DNA of 64,000 nucleotides from Scyliorhinus canicula. Its lineage: Eukaryota. The position numbers were made by a program, and so were the translations under genes. Location: NCBI RefSeq assembly GCF_902713615.1, contig NC_052149.1, forward strand, positions 125,801,256-125,865,255, in the 5' to 3' direction. Below, piece by piece: positions 45,224 to 58,797 of this stretch (its first letter is position 1; every line of letters starts with the position of its first letter). The notes under the pieces are model-generated. The model was not told where the DNA came from. It saw nothing but the letters and a program-made list of their open reading frames with translations, and made no database searches.

Positions 45224-46166
45224 TAAAGCCCGTGTGTGTAGTCGATGGCTCCCTGCACCTTGGGGCCGCCCACTATCCTGGTAAACCCCCATCTGTGTCA
45301 TCGATGGCTCCCTGCACCTTGAGGCCGCCCACTATCCTGGTAAACCCCCATGTGTGTAGTCAGTGGCACCCTGCACCATGGGGACACCCACTATCCTGGT
45401 AAACCCCCATGTGTGTAGTCGATGGCACCCTGCACCTTGGGGACGCCCACTATCCTGGTAAACCCCGTGTGTGTAGTCGATGGCACCCTGTACCATGGGG
45501 CCGCCCACTATCCTGGTAAACCCCCATGTGTGTAGTCGATGGCACCCTGCACCTTGGGGCCGCCCACTATCCTGGTAAACCCCGTGTGTGTAGTCGATGG
45601 CACCCTGTACCATGGGGCCACCCACTATCCTGGTAAACCCCATGTGTGTAGTCAGTGGCACACTGTACTATGGGGATGACCACTATCCTGGTAAACCCCA
45701 TGTGTGTAGTCAGTGGCACCCTGTACTATGGGGATGCCCATTATCCTGGTAAACTCCGTGTGTATTCAGTGGCACCCTGTACCATGGGGATGCCCACTAT
45801 CCTGGTAAAGCCCATGTGTGTAGTCAGTGGCACCCTGCACATGGGGATGCCCACTATCCTGGTAAACCCCATGTGTGTAGTTAGTGGCACCCTGCACATG
45901 GGGATGCCCACTATCCTGGTAAAGCCCCATGTGTGTAGTCAGTGGCACCCTGCACCATGGGGATGCCCACTATCCTGGTAAAGCCCTGTGTGTATAGTCA
46001 GTGGCACCCTGCACATGGGGATGCCCACTATCCTGGTAAACCCCATGTGTGTAGTCGATGGCTCCCTGCACCTTGGGGCCGCCCACTATCCTGGTAAACC
46101 CCCATGTGTGTAGTCAGTGGCAGCCTGTACTATGGGGATGCCCATTATCCTGGTAAACCCCATGTG
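45224..46166. repeat. ~58-59-bp tandem repeat, about 16 copies
   Basis: gtaaacccccatgtgtgtagtcgatggcaccctgcaccttggggccgcccactatcctg and variants. Confidence 0.95.
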
Positions 46167-46704
46167 AGCTCTGCCAGCTTCTCTCTGTTCAGAGGGAACA
46201 CAATGAAGTCTCCCTCTCCTGGTAGACAGTCTCTGTCACCTCTCTGATTCAGTTACAGATGGTGAACTGGGAGATGTTGGATGTGAAGCCTGGTCCATCC
46301 TGGAAGTTTAGTAAACAGGTCTGGTTTCTAAAGAGACTGAGTACAGTCCGTCCACATAATGATGTAAATAGACACATTACTCAGAGCTAAGATCAGTCGA
46401 GAGAAATGTTGCAACATGTAAAGGCGAGGTATTGGTTTGAAGTGAGATAAATGAACTATTTTTATATTTCATCAGCAGAGGTTCTCTTAACTCCTTCTTG
46501 TCCTGTTCAGCAAAGAATATCTGTGAAAGCTGTTATTGTTATTACTGTTGGGATTGTCACCTCAGGAATTATCCTTGGCCAAAGTTCCCATCATGTCGAG
46601 GAAGATCTCTCATTCTTAGTCTATTCTGAAGTTATTAATGTACATTTGAATATTAATCTTGGAAAAATTATTTCATTGATTCCACAAGTGCAGTGAGTCA
46701 CCGA

Positions 46705-47864
46705 GTGCAGTAAAACGGTATTGACCGTTTCCTGGTGTCAGGTGTAGTGAGAGACATGGTGCAGTAAAACGGTATTGACCATTTCCTAGTGTCAGGTATA
46801 GTGAGAGACCCGGTGCAGTAAAACGGTATTGACCGTTTCCTAGTGTCAGGGAGTGTCAGGTATAGTGAGAGACACGGTGCAGTAAAACGGTATTGACCGT
46901 TTCCTAGTGTCAGGTATAGTGAGAGACCCAATGCAGTAAAACGGTATTGACCGTTTCCTAGTGTCAGGGAGTGTCAGGTATAGTGAGAGACCCGGTGCAG
47001 TAAAACGGTATTGACCGTTTCCTAGTGTCAGGGAGTGTCAGGTATAGTGAGAGACACGGTGCAGTAAAACGGTATTGACCGTTTCCTAGTGTCAGGTGTA
47101 GTGACTGACCCGGTGCAGTAAAACGGTATTGACGGTTTCCTAGTGTCAGGTGTAGTGACTGACCCGGTGCAGTAAAACGATATTGACCGTTTCCTAGTGT
47201 CAGGTGTAGTGACTGACCCGGTGCAGTAAAACGGTATTGACCGTTTCCTAGTGTCAGGTGCAGTGAGAGACCTGGTGCAGTAAAATGGTATTGACCGTAT
47301 CCTAGTGTCAGGTGTAGTCACCGACCCGGTGCAGTAAAACGGTATTGACCGTTTCCTAGTGTCAGGTGTAGTGAGAGACACGGTGCAGTAAAACGGTATT
47401 GACCGTTTCCTTGTGTCAGGTATAGTGAGAGACATGGTGCAGTAAAACGGTATTGACCGTTTCCTAGTGTCAGGTATAGTGAGAGACATGGTGCAGTAAA
47501 ACGGTATTGACCGTTTCCTAGTGTCAGGTGTAGTGAGCGACCCGGTGCAGTAAAACGGTATTGACCATTTCCTAGTGTCAGGTATAGTGAGAGACCCGGT
47601 GCAGTAAAACGGTATTGACCGTTCCCTAGTGTCAGGTGCAGTGAGAGACACGGTGCAGTAAAACGGTATTGACCGTTTCCTAGTGTCAGGTGTAGTGAGA
47701 GACCCGGTGCAGTGAAACGGTATTGACCGTTTCCTAGTGTCAGGTGTAGTGAGAGACCCGGTACAGTAAAATGGTATTGACCGTTTCCTAGTGTCAGGTA
47801 CAGTGAGAGACCCGGTACAGTAAAACGGTATTGACCGTTTCCTAGTGTCAGGTGTAGTGAGAGA
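46705..47864. repeat. 54-bp tandem repeat, about 21 copies, each with an internal hairpin
   Basis: cggtgcagtaaaacggtattgaccgtttcctagtgtcaggtgtagtgagagacc; some units have an extra ggagtgtcagg-type 11-mer. Confidence 0.95.
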
Positions 47865-48529
47865 TGTGTGAAAACAGTGAGGGATCCATCTCCTGGTAAT
47901 AAAGCAATAAGAGTGGTCGGACTGTAAACTGAACATAAGCAGCGTCAGATAAAAATTTAGATTGGGGAGTTAACGAGTCGCTTGCTGAATGTTTGGTAAA
48001 TAATTAAATAGGGAAAAAAATCATTGAAGTAAAGTCACTCAAGCTTTTGTTGTGGGGGAAGAGAGAGAGAGAGTGAGAGGTTTACCCCTCGGGGGGTTTA
48101 TGACCAGTGACAGACAGGGGCTGAGGAAATGGGAGTTTTGGTCGTTTAGATTGTTCCTGTCGGTGAAAATCTCGAAGATTCTTTCCCCCCCCCCACTGCT
48201 ACTTGAAGTTTCGTTTAGCTGAAAGTTTTAATTTGTTCAGATAAATGTTGTAAGAATGGAAATAAGCAAATCTTTATATTGTGTGTCTGTGTGTAATGAA
48301 GAGTTTGTGTGTGTGAGCTCAATGTGTTTCCTTCTTTAAATTGTCATTTATTTGTGGAGTTTCAGTAATGTAAGTTCAAAGCCTCACAATGTGGATTCTG
48401 AGTTGGATTAAAGTACAATATAATTAACCAAACCAAAGTTTGAAGTTATAAGGTTGGAGTTGAGATTTCTGACCAGAGACCACAGTTTGAATGGACTGTG
48501 AAACAACAGCTTTTCCCTGTGTTTACCAG

Positions 48530-49695
48530 CGGCCACTGTGGACGTCCTGGCGATGGGGTGGGGGGATCTGACTCCCGGAGGGGCCTCCACAGGTTCCAGG
48601 CCCGCGATCTGGGGCTTCCGATCGGTGGATGGCCACGGTCTGGAGGTTCGCCGACATGTTGCTCGGCACCAGCGCGGAGACGTGCGTCGCGTGCTTTCGC
48701 CGACCTGTGGCAGCCGTGCAGGGCCACCTTTCGGTGCCGGAGTAGTGTGCAGCACTGCGGAACCGTGCTAGCCCCTGAACAGCGGTGAATTGCTGGACCA
48801 GGAGGCCCGTTGACTCCGCCGTTCACCACTCCGGTGTTTACGCCGGCGTCAACACTTGGCCGGGATTTCGGAGAATCCCAGCCCTGCTGCTGGATTCTCC
48901 GATTCTGCGGCTATGTCCACAGAATCCGTCTGATCTTCCGACCAGAATGTCGGCGGCGCCCCCTCGCCGATCCTCCGTCCAGCAGCCACATCGCGTAAAG
49001 CCCGGCTGTACCTGCGGATACGGCTGCAGAATGGCCAGTCCGTGGCTGCGCACACGCATGGCGGTGGCTGCGCCGGACAGCATGGAAGCGCAAAACCGGC
49101 CTGCCAAAAATTCCTCTCCTGTAACCCCCCCTCTCCATCCCCGGACCACCCCACACCAGTCCCCCGAGCCCCCGCCGAAGCTCTCCCTGCCAGCGGAACA
49201 GCTCTCTCCGACTGTGAACTGAAAATGAAATGAAAATCGCTTATTGTCACGAGTAGGCTTCAATGAAGTTACTGTGAAAAGCCCCTGGTCGCCACATTCC
49301 GGCGCCTGTCCGGGGAAGCTGGTACGGGAATCGAACCGTGCTGCTGGCCTGCTTGGTCTGCTTTAAAAGCCAGCGATTTAGCCTGGTGAGCTAAACCAGC
49401 CCCTGGTTAGCTAAACCGCCATGATGCAGCCGCCACGCGACGTCCCCAAAAGTTGTGAGGACACGTGCCCCATGCCGTCAGGGACTCGGCCCATCGGGGG
49501 CGGAGCATCGGGAGGGCCTCAGGTGACATCCTGAGGCTGTCCCGACAGCGTCCGGAGTACTCCTCGAGTATGCCGTTTTTGAGGGGGCGGAGCATCGCTA
49601 AAACGGCGCCGCCCCTGATTCCAGAGTAAAAGTGGATTCTCCAGCCGATCGCCGAATGCGATTTTGGCGTCGCCGATCAGAGAATCCAGCCCCTG
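48530..49695. mobile_element. Two adjacent GC-rich TIR elements (about 48530-48883 partial; about 48884-49695 complete)
   Basis: The first ends ggagaatcccagccc and matches the 1724 element in reverse. The second has ends gctggattctcc and gagaatccagc. Confidence 0.6.
49221..49406 (-). mobile_element. tRNA-derived SINE (second family; another copy at about 59594-59773)
   Basis: Minus strand: ggggctggtttagctca head, ggttcgattccc B box, (tttca)n tail; the two copies are near-identical. Confidence 0.8.
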
Positions 49696-49959
49696 ATATA
49701 AACACACTGACCAATGAGAATCAGACTGTTTGACAGGAGACCTTTGAAAAACGATGATGTTATTGAAAATAAAGAATATGTGCTGATAAACATTTGGGAC
49801 TTTAAGTCTGCAAACAAATTCACACACATGAGGAAGACATCATTTCAATTTTGATAGTGTAAATTACAGTTCTTACAAAGTTTAATGATTTGAGGTTTGG
49901 TTCCCGATTATCATGGATCTGCCGAGTGACAGCAGTAAATCAAATTTAACAAGATGGCA

Positions 49960-50230
49960 CGGTGGCACAATAGTTAGCACTGCTGCCTCCCAGCACCCGG
50001 GACCCGGGTTCAATTTCGGCCTTGGGTGACTTTCTATGTGGAGTTTGCACCTTCTCCCCATGTCTGAACGGGTTTCCTCCAGGTGCTCCAGTTTCCTCCC
50101 ACTGTCCAAAGATGTGCAGTTTAAGTGTACGGACCATGATCATTGGGATAGGGAAGGGGAGTGGGCCTTGGTAGAGTGTTCTTTTGGAGGGTATGGGCCG
50201 AATGGCCTCCTTCTGTTCAATAGGGATTCT
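49960..50230 (+). mobile_element. HE1 SINE
   Basis: ggcacggtggcacaa head, V core, gggccgaatggcctccttctg tail. Confidence 0.8.
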
Positions 50231-50288
50231 GTGGATTTCAAAGGCATGATACGATGTATTCTGCCCAGCAACAGGTAGAAATTTGCCT

Positions 50289-50932
50289 TGTGACAGCAGT
50301 AGCCAGCATTGAAAGGCATGATAAGATGCAACTTTTCCAGTAACGAGATTAGCAGGAATCGAGACGGATTTAGATGTAAATCGCCCTATTGGCAGAAAGA
50401 GCTTACCGAGACGACTGAGAGATCAGTGGCGGTATATACACATTAATATCTAGAGTCAAGGAATTTGAGAGAGACAGACAGCCAAATACACAGAACAAAT
50501 AATCAAAGGGGTAAGATGATAAAATTGCCAGCACCCTCAGAATCAGAGAGGCCAATTTCCATCCAACAGCCTGAGAGGCCAGTCCACAACTCACAGTCAG
50601 GAGGATAGGCCTGCAACTATGACTTAGAGCAAAGGCCGTGCAGAAACCTTTGTAAAGACAGTTTGCACATCTTTGCTGGATCAGGAAAAAACATTGGCCA
50701 GACTTGAGTATCAGCCCCAAATTGTGTGGTAACTGGAAGCTGGATTTCACTAACAGATTCATTTAATTTGGATATTATTTGGGGTATTAAGGAGTTCAGG
50801 GATTGTAAACATATTTTGGAACAAAGCGTACATTCTACTTAAACTGTCTGCGTGTTTAGTGATTCATGCACATAATTACCTTGTAATCCTGTTCCTCTGT
50901 ATTTTCTTCAATTTAATAATTGTTACATGACA
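50289..50932. mobile_element. LTR-like segment
   Basis: TG..CA-bounded non-coding block between other repeats; no TSD found. Confidence 0.3.
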
Positions 50933-50934
50933 AC

Positions 50935-53900
50935 CGTGTGCAAATGAGGGCACTGTATTTGACGCAGTCTACTTAGACTTCAGCAAGGATTTTGATAAGG
51001 TCCCAGATGGCAGACTGATAATGAAGGAAAGAGCACATGGAATCCAAAGAAAGGTTGCAAATAGGATCCAGAATTGCCTGAGTGCCAGGAAGCAGAAGGT
51101 GATGGTCAAGTGGTGTTTCTCTGACTGGAAGCCTGTGTCCAGTGGAGTCAAAAAAATAACAAAGAACAAAGAAAAGTACAGCAGAGGAACAGGCCCCTCC
51201 AAGCCTGCGCCAACCATGCTGCCCATCTACCCTAAAGCCTTCTACACTTCCAGGGTCCGTATCCCTTTATTCCCTTCCTATTCATGTATTTGTCAAGATG
51301 CCCCTTAAAAGTCACTATTGTCCCTGCTTCCACCACCTCCTCCGGCAGAGAGTTCCAGGTACCCACTGTGGAAAAAAACTTGTCTCGCACACCTCCTCTA
51401 AACATTGCCCCTCGCACCTTAAACTTATGTCTCCTAGTAACTAACTTTTACCCTGGGAAAAAGCTTCTGACTATCCACTCTGTCTATGCCCCTCATAATT
51501 TTGTTAACCTCTATCAGTTCACCCCTCAACCTCCGTCGTTCCAGTGAGAACAAACAGAGTTTATCCAACCTGTCCTCATATCTAATGCCCTCCATACCAA
51601 CATCCTGGTAAACTTCATCTGTACCCTCTATAAAGCCTCCACATCCTTCTGGTAGTGTTGTGACCAGAATTGAACACTATATTCCAAGTGTGGCCTAACT
51701 AAGGTTCTATACAGCTGCAACATGATTTGCCAATATTTATGCTCAGTGCCCCGGCTAATGAATGCAAGCATGCCGTATGCCTTCTTGACTACCTTCTGCA
51801 CATGCATTGCCACTTTCAGTGACCTGTGGACCTGTACACTCAGATCCCTCTGCCTGTCAATATGCATAAGGGTTCTGTCATTTACTACGTATTTCCCACC
51901 TGTATTAGACCTTTCAAAATGCATTATCTCACATTTGTCCGGATTAAAATCCATCTGCAATCTCTTCGCACAAGTCTCCACACGATCTAAATCCTGCTGT
52001 ATCCTCTGACAGTCCTCATCGCTATCCGCAATTCCACCAACCTTTGTGTCATCTGCAAACTTACTAATCAGACCAGTTACATTTTTCTCCGAATCATTTA
52101 TATACAATCATCTGTAGTCGTTCCCCTCAGTAACAAGCATACCGCTTTGGATACTGTTGAGGAGGACGACCTACCAGGGGTAAGCCACGGTGACCGGATC
52201 TCCAGCACTGAGTCCGTCCCTGTGGCTCAGAAGGGAAGGAGGGAGAGCAGGAGAGCAATAGTTATTGGGGACTCGATAGTTAGAGGGACAGATAGACGGT
52301 TCTGTGGCAACGAAAGAGACTCACAGATGGTATGTTGCCTCCCGGGTGCCAGGGTCCGTGACGTTTCGGACCGTGTTTTGAGAATCCTTCAGGGGGAGGG
52401 GGAACAGTCACAAGTCGTGGTACCAACAACATAGGTCAAAGAAGGGACGGGGATTTAAAACAGGAATTTAGGGAGCTAGGATGGAAGCTGAGAGCCAGGA
52501 CAAACCATGTTGTCATCTCTGGTTTGTTGCCGGTGCCACATGCTAGCAAGTTGAGGAACAGGGAGAGAGTGCAGATAAACACGTGGCTGAAGGGATGGTG
52601 CAGGAGGGAGGGTTTCAGTAATGTGGATAATTGGACCACATTCTGGGGAAGGTGGGACCTGTACAAACAGGACGGTTTGCACCTGAACCAGAGGGGCACC
52701 AATATCCTGGGAGGAAAATTTGCTACGGCTCTTCGGGGGGGGGGGGGGGGGGGGGGGGTTCAAACTAATTTGTCAGGGGGCTGGGAAAACGAGCTGTAGT
52801 CCAGAAGCCAGTGTTGAGAGTAGTGAGGTACTGAGGAGGGTATCAAGTTCGCAGGAGTGTACCGGCAGACAGAAAGGTGGGTTGAAGTGTATCTACTTCA
52901 ATGCAAGGAGCATCCGGAATAAGGTAGGTGAACTTGGAGTGTGGATTGGTACTTGGGACTACGATGTTGTGGCCATTACGGAAACATGGTTAGAACAGGG
53001 ACAGGAATGGTTGTTGGAAGTTCCAGGATACAGATGTTTCAGTCAGAGTAGGGAAGGTGGTAAAGAGGTGGAGGAGTAGCATTGTTAATCAAGGATAGTT
53101 TAATAGGAATGACCCTGGTAATTATAGGCCGGTTAGTCTTACTTCGGTGGTCGGTAAGTTAATGGAAAAGGTCCTGAAGGATAGGATTTATGACCATTTG
53201 GAAAGATGCAGCTTAATCCGGGATAGTCAACACGGATTTGTGAAGGGTCAGTCTTGCCTCACAAATTTGATTGAATTCTTTGAGGAGGTAACTAAGTGTG
53301 TAGATGATGGCAAAGCAGTTGATGTCGTATATAGATTTCAGTAAGGCGTTTGATAAGGTTCCCCATGGTTGGCTCATGAAGAAAGTAAGGAGGTGTGGGA
53401 CAGAGGGAAATTTGGCCAATTGGATAAGTAACTGGCTTTCACATAGAAGACAGAGGATGGAAAATTTTCAGACTGAAGACCAGTTACCAGCGGTGTACCA
53501 CAGGGATCAGTGCTGGGTCCTCTGCTTTTTATGATTTTTATAAATGACTTGGAGGAGGGAGCTGAAGGGTGGGTCAGTAAATTTGCTGATGACACCAAGA
53601 TTGGTGGAGTAGTGGATGAGGTGGAGGGCTGTTGTAGGCTGCAAAGAGACATTGATAGGATGCAGAACTGGGCCGAAAAATGGCAGATGGAGTTTAACCC
53701 TGATAAGTGCGAGGTGATTCATTTTGGCAGGACACATTTGAAAGTGGATTTCAGGGTCAATGGCAGGGTTCTGAGGAATGTGGAGGAACAGAGAGACTTT
53801 GGGGTTCATATCCATAGATCCCTGAAGGTTTCCACTCAAGTGGATGGAGCCGTGAAGAAGGCCGATAGTGTGTTAGCGTTTATTAACAGGGGGCTTGCGT

Positions 53901-55770
53901 TTAAGAGCCGTGGGGTTATGCTGCAACTGTACATGACCCTGGTGAGACCACATTTGGAGTATTGTGTGCAGTTCTGGTCACCTCATTATGAGAAGGATGT
54001 GGAAGCATTGGAAAGGGTGCAAAGGAGATTTACCAGGATGCTGCCTGGATTGGAGGGTAGGTCTTATGAGGAAAGGTTGAGGGAGCTACGGCTTTTCTCT
54101 TTGGAGCGGAGGAGGATGAGAGGCGACTTAATAGAGGTTTATAAGATAATGAGGGGGATAGATAGAGTGGACGTTCAGAAACTATTTCCTCGGGTGGATG
54201 CAGCTGTTACAAGGGGACATAACTATAAGGTTCAGGGTGGGAGATATAGGAGGGATGTCCGAGATAGGTTCTTTACTCAGAGAGTGGTTAGGGTGTGAAA
54301 TGGACTGCCTGCTGTGATAGTGGAGTCGGACACTTTTGGAACTTTCAAGGGGTTATTGGATAGGCATATGGAGCACACCAGAATGACAGGGAGTGGGATA
54401 GCTTGATCTTGGTTTCGGACAAAGCTCGGCACAACATCGAGGGCCGAAGGGGCTGTTCTGTGCTGTACTGTTCCATGTTCTATGTTCTATATACCACAAA
54501 CAGCAAAGGTCCCAGCACTGATCCCTGAGGAACACCACGAGTCACAGCCCTCCATTCAGAAAAGCACGCTTCCACTGCTACTCTCTGTCTTCTTTGACCG
54601 AGCCAGTTCTGTACCCATGTTGCCAGCTCACCTTTGATCTGTGCAACTTCACCTTCTGTACCAGTCTGCCATGAGGGACCTTGTCAAAGGCCTTACTGAA
54701 GTCCATGCAGATAACATCCACTGCCCTACCTTCATCAATCATGTTTGTCACTTTCTTGAAAAAATCAATTAAGTACATGGCCTCCCCTTCACAAAACCGT
54801 GCTGCCTCTCACGAGTACGTCCACTTGCTTCCAAATGGGAGTAAATCCTATCTCGAAGAATTCTCTCAAGTAATTTCCCTACCACTGACGGAAGGCTCAC
54901 CGGCCAGTAATTTCCTGGATTATCCTTGCTGCCCTTCTTAAACAAATGAACAAAATCAGCTATTCTCCAGTCCCCTGGGACCTCACCTGTAGCAGTGAGG
55001 ATACAAAGATTTCTGTCAAGGCCCCAGCAATTTTCTTCCTTGTCTCCCTCAGTATTCTGGGGTAGATCCCATCAGACCCTTGAGACTTATCTACCTTAAT
55101 GGTTTTCAAGACGTCCAACACATCCTGCTTTATGATCTCAATGTGACCCAGACTACCTACACACATTCTCTTCCCCAGACTCATCATCCACCAAGTCCTT
55201 CTCTTTGGTGAATACTGTTGCAAAGTACTCATTTCGTACCTTGCCCATTTCATCTGGCTCCAAGCATAGATTCCCTCCCGCTGTGATCAGTGTTTTGGCC
55301 CTTGCTGTTTGTTGTTTACATAAATGATTTAGACATGAATGTAGGAGGGTTGATCAGTAAGTTCGCAGATTCACATTCTGGAAGGGATATGATAATACTG
55401 GAAGGGGTGCAGAGGAGATTTACCGGGATGTTGCCTGGGCTGGAGAGTTTTATTTATGAAGAGGGATTGGGTAAACTGGGGCTGTTTTCCTTAGAGCAGA
55501 GGAGTTGAGAGGGGATTGAGATGTGTTAAATTGTGAGGAGCATAGGTAGAGTAGACAGGAATAAACCTTTCCCCTTGGTGGAGGGATCAATGACCAGTGG
55601 GCATAGATTTAAGGTAAGGGGCAGGAGGTTGAGAGAGGAAGTGAGGAAAAGCTTTTTTACCCAGAGGGCTGTGGGAGTCTGAATCTCGCTGCTTGGATGC
55701 AGAGACCCTGATAACATTTAAGAAGTATTTAGATGTGTATTTTTGATGCCAAGACATACAAGGCTATATC
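50935..55770. mobile_element. Mosaic of CR1 fragments in both orientations, including an internally deleted + strand copy at about 52125-54490
   Basis: Esterase IVIGDSIVR and DGLHLN, ORF2 start YFNARS, RT C-terminus (53510-54298, KFADD), ttctatg tails. Confidence 0.85.
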
Positions 55771-56867
55771 TGTTCCCAAAATGTAAAGATAAACCTGAAA
55801 CCTTGAAGTTTGGTAGAAATCAAATTTTAAGCAGAGTTAAAGCTTAACAATAAAACTATTAGAATCTGGGATCACTTTAAAATGAAAATGCACCAGGTAC
55901 AATCTAGAGAGTTACTTTTGAGAAAATAACATGTTGTTTGTGGGGAAGAAGACAGAAACAGAACATGTTAATATCTGGAATCCAATAGAAACAGATTTCC
56001 ATTTACAAAATATTCTGAGTGTAGGCCTGAATCCTGCTGCTGCCACTAATATTTGCAACTTTGTATTTTACATTTTATTTCAGCTCTGCTTTGATTTTAA
56101 TATTTGAAGTGATTTTGTATTTTCTCACTTGATAAACACTGATCTTAACCCAGCTGTGATTGTCCTTTGATTAATTAATCAATAATAATCAGCAGTGACC
56201 TGTTTTTCTCAATCTTGTTTTCTCTCTGTACTGGCCACACAGCTTTGTTTAGTCTAAACCTTTTGTTTATCCACTTTCTCAAACTAGAATATTAAAATAA
56301 GTTGTTTTTGTTGATTAGAAGTGTTGTTCTCTGGCATTCTGTGACCTTGGATTACAGAGCAAGTCGCTGAGTAATCTTATCTGCTGTGGTCACCTGAAGC
56401 ATCAGAAGATGAAGTTTCATTGATGGACATAACACCTGATTGATGACAAATGGGAAAACACCATCAAGAGCTCCGTAAACATGCTGAATATGACAAAGTC
56501 TGCTTCACCTTGAGCTCCCTGTGAGAGGAACTGAGAAGAGCTGAGATTTGTTTGGGGAAAGATTGTGTGGCAGGCTTCACGAGACTGGAATGGAGCCAGA
56601 AATCCAGTTTAAAGAGACATTGCTTCAGAGACTCAGTGCTGGGGTGAATAGTCATCCACGGACGTCAGGAGGAAGGGTCAGAAACGGACTGACTGACCAC
56701 AGTGCCCACTCACTGGGGTTACTCAGTGACTTGGTAATGAGTTTACTGAGGGGACAGTAACGTGGGCACCAATTGTGGGGGAACAGACCACATTGGGATT
56801 ATTGTTTGTTTAAACAAACATCTGCCTGTCTTCTTTTCCTCAGATATATACAAAGTGCTTCTCCTTT

Positions 56868-58376
56868 TGTAACGATCCTCATGTCAAAACCCTGTTTGTC
56901 CCGATTTCCGTTTATTTTCTTTTATTTTGCTATTTCAATTTTTGTTACATGAAGAATTAATGTGTCTATGCCTTTAAGATGGACTTTACCTTTAATTCAA
57001 GTGGCTGGTAAACTGAAGACAAGACAGGTTGCAAGAAGCTGTTTACATTTCAGATCAGCAGATCCCAGGGCCATCAGTGCTGACACAGCTTGATGGACTT
57101 GGCTGTCAGCCAATGGACTATTTCAAATTACTGGGCCTTGTCAATGGCCCCTGCAGATTGGTTGGGATTTTCTCTGGAAAGTTCCTTCATCTGTGTGACT
57201 GTGTTTTCTGTTTTACTTTTGTGTTGGTCAGAAGCCGTAGGGTCAGAGCTCTGATTTCTCTCTCATGGATAGCACGGTGGCACAGTGGTTAGCACTGCGG
57301 CCTCACAGCTCCAGGAACGCAGTTCAGTTCTAGCCTCAGGAGATTGTCTGTGTGGAGTTAGCACTTTCTCTCCGTGTCTGTGTGGGTTTCTGTGTGGATT
57401 TCCTCCGGGTGCTGTGGTTTCCTCCCACAGTCCAAAGATGTTCAGGTTAGATGGATTGGCCATGCTCAATTGGTGGTGTCCTCAGGGTTAGGTGGGGTAA
57501 CTGGGTTACAGGGCTAGGGTGGATGTGTGGGCTTAAATAGGGTGCTCTTTCCAAGGGCATGTGCAGACGCGATGGGCTTAATGGCCTCCTTCTGCACTGC
57601 AGGGATTCTATGATTCATCTGATGGATACTTTCTGAAGATCTGAAGTAAAACCTCTCATTCTGCACAGCCAGACTGAACTGCAAGGAAACCAAAGTCAAG
57701 TCACCAGCTGCAGACAGGTTTCAGATGTTTAACTCCGTTTTAATATCTTGTGTGGGAACTCTGTTCTTATCTCAGTAAGACTGTTAGTCATTCTGGTGGA
57801 GTTGGAAATAAATAAGAATTAAACAGACCTGAAGCTGTTCCTTTCATTCAAGGCCCAGGTTGTGAAAAGTTAAAAGTGCCTCTCCCAGAGGGAATCCTAT
57901 TGTCTGGGAGTACTGGCTGAATGCAGCTGCCAGAAGACCATCTCTAACACTAGACCAGTGGCTTAGATCCCTAAGTATCCTGACAGGACAGCCTGCTGCA
58001 ACTACTTCAACATCGGAAGAAAGGACACTAGTCTTTCATTTCAAATTAATCCCCCTTATTATTTTCACCCTTTTCCTCCTCTCTGGGTGTGTCTGTCTTG
58101 TGTGTGTTGAGTAGAGGGTGGAATGGGAAAAGGTGGGAATAGCAGATTAGAAAGCCGATATTCCATTCTAATTACTACATATTTCAAATATGATTGTGTT
58201 ATAAATAAACAGTTATCGTTGTCAATTTACAAACCAGGTGGCATTAACTTATTGAGCAGTCAAAGAGCCAAAGATTCTGTGAATTTTATACAAATTATTG
58301 GTTAATTCACTTGTGTTGGGACTCAGGGGTCTGTGGGGTTGGAATTGACCGCGCAATCGCCCACGGTGTCATAATA
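56868..58376 (+). mobile_element. Solo LTR with 4-bp TSD, containing an HE1 SINE (about 57268-57610)
   Basis: Starts tgtaacg and ends gtcataata (CA to TA); cttt at 56864-56867 and 58377-58380; related to 23260-24160. Confidence 0.75.
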
Positions 58377-58797
58377 CTTTCAATAAAGATATCTTTCTTC
58401 TTATTATCGATTTTATATATTCTTTTTATATATATTATATGTTATGATTCTCATGTTATTATCATCATTCAATAAACTTTTTAACACAATACTTGTGCAG
58501 AGTCGCTCATTCCTGTAACGTACAGCTTCGAATCTCAGTGAGACTCTGAAAGGGATTCTCACCTCTCCTCACAGGGAAACCCTTTATTGTCCGGTGAGTC
58601 CCTCCAGACAAACTGAATGAGATAAGCTGGGAACTATTCCAGGTGTAAAAGGGTCTGAGGAAATGATTCAGGGTCAGAGATAGAGTTCAGGAAAAAAGAC
58701 ACAATGTGAATGTAATAATCTGGCCCTCAGCTTTGACATTGGACAGGGAGAGATAAAGCAAAGATCCAGAGAGCTGGATTCTCCCGCAGCCCTCTGA

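Noticed and set aside
46705-47864. CRISPR-like array (also considered for 2028-2259, 10196-11937 and 45224-46166)
   Set aside because: The sequence between palindromes is itself repeated, so there are no unique spacers; no cas genes; vertebrate DNA.
35370-56704. Isolated CACAGTG heptamers (35370, 42983, 56698 and others) as extra RSSs
   Set aside because: No nonamer-like sequence at 12 or 23 bp spacing and no adjacent V, D or J coding sequence.
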